Source: a virus (taxonomy: Duplodnaviria > Caudoviricetes). From it: 64,000 nt of DNA. Positions within the stretch are counted from its first letter, which is position 1. Each line of letters begins with the position of its first letter. The DNA lies in IMG/VR virus record IMGVR_UViG_3300033068_001265, positions 28,517 through 92,516 of that record; one strand, given 5' to 3'. The position numbers and the translations under genes were made by a program. This document shows, piece after piece, positions 63,852 through 64,000 of this stretch. Under the pieces are notes generated by a model. That model was not told the origin of the DNA. It saw nothing but the letters and a program-made list of their open reading frames with translations, and made no database searches.

Positions 63852-64000
63852 TCAGAGCTTCTTCCACCCGGCCGGATACGCGGCGGGACTCCACGTGTTC
63901 GCGTCGATCACCGACTCCCACACGGCACCCTCGAACGTCACCCGGTCACCGACGCTGTACGCGTCAGCGGCACCTGTCGGCTGGACGAACGGGTCCGGGG
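63852..64000 (-). CDS. C-terminal CBM5/12-like carbohydrate-binding module, partial
   Basis: manual translation PDPFVQPTGAADAYSVGDRVTFEGAVWESVIDANTWSPAAYPAGWKKL*. Confidence 0.8.
   Translation of the reverse strand, partial: PDPFVQPTGAADAYSVGDRVTFEGAVWESVIDANTWSPAAYPAGWKKL

Noticed and set aside
1-64000. Genome-wide UGA or UAG recoding
   Set aside because: TGA, TAG and TAA all end genes at tight overlaps, and long ORFs are intact in the standard code; only the holin stop looks leaky.
1-64000. Integrase/att site, reverse transcriptase/DGR, tnpA, LysB, rRNA
   Set aside because: No matching motifs were seen in this window; lifestyle cannot be determined.

Overview
This window is an internal 64 kb segment of a large, probably siphoviral dsDNA phage (about 50% GC by eye). 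The host is likely an actinobacterium without mycolic acids: the phage encodes WhiB and a WhiG/FliA-type sigma factor, no LysB is visible, and a tail protein carries repeats I recognise from Acidimicrobiia surface proteins. Most genes are on the minus strand. Their order is sigma factor, class II RNR, lysis cassette, four GT2 glycosyltransferases, TerS-like, TerL, portal, protease, scaffold, capsid, a tnpB-only IS200/IS605 element, head-tail genes and a GT4, tail tube, frameshifted chaperones, a 3482-aa tape measure, tail-tip proteins, PRTase, exonuclease/Sak4/SSB, tRNA and primase. Five inteins are present. Highlights: (1) the tape measure carries an N-terminal cargo region of about 1900 aa with a zincin protease and an ADP-ribosyltransferase-like domain; (2) the holin UGA stop is followed by a hairpin and 47 in-frame acidic codons coupled to the endolysin start, a candidate programmed readthrough; (3) the TnpB element has a miniature copy of about 115 bp, 28 kb away, carrying a different guide flank, followed by a candidate promoter- and terminator-bounded sRNA; (4) one intein is Gln-terminated with an HNH domain and another sits in a small-terminase-like protein; (5) the right end is a GC-rich mosaic of broken tail-adhesin genes. 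All assignments come from motif recognition by eye; no database searches were run.
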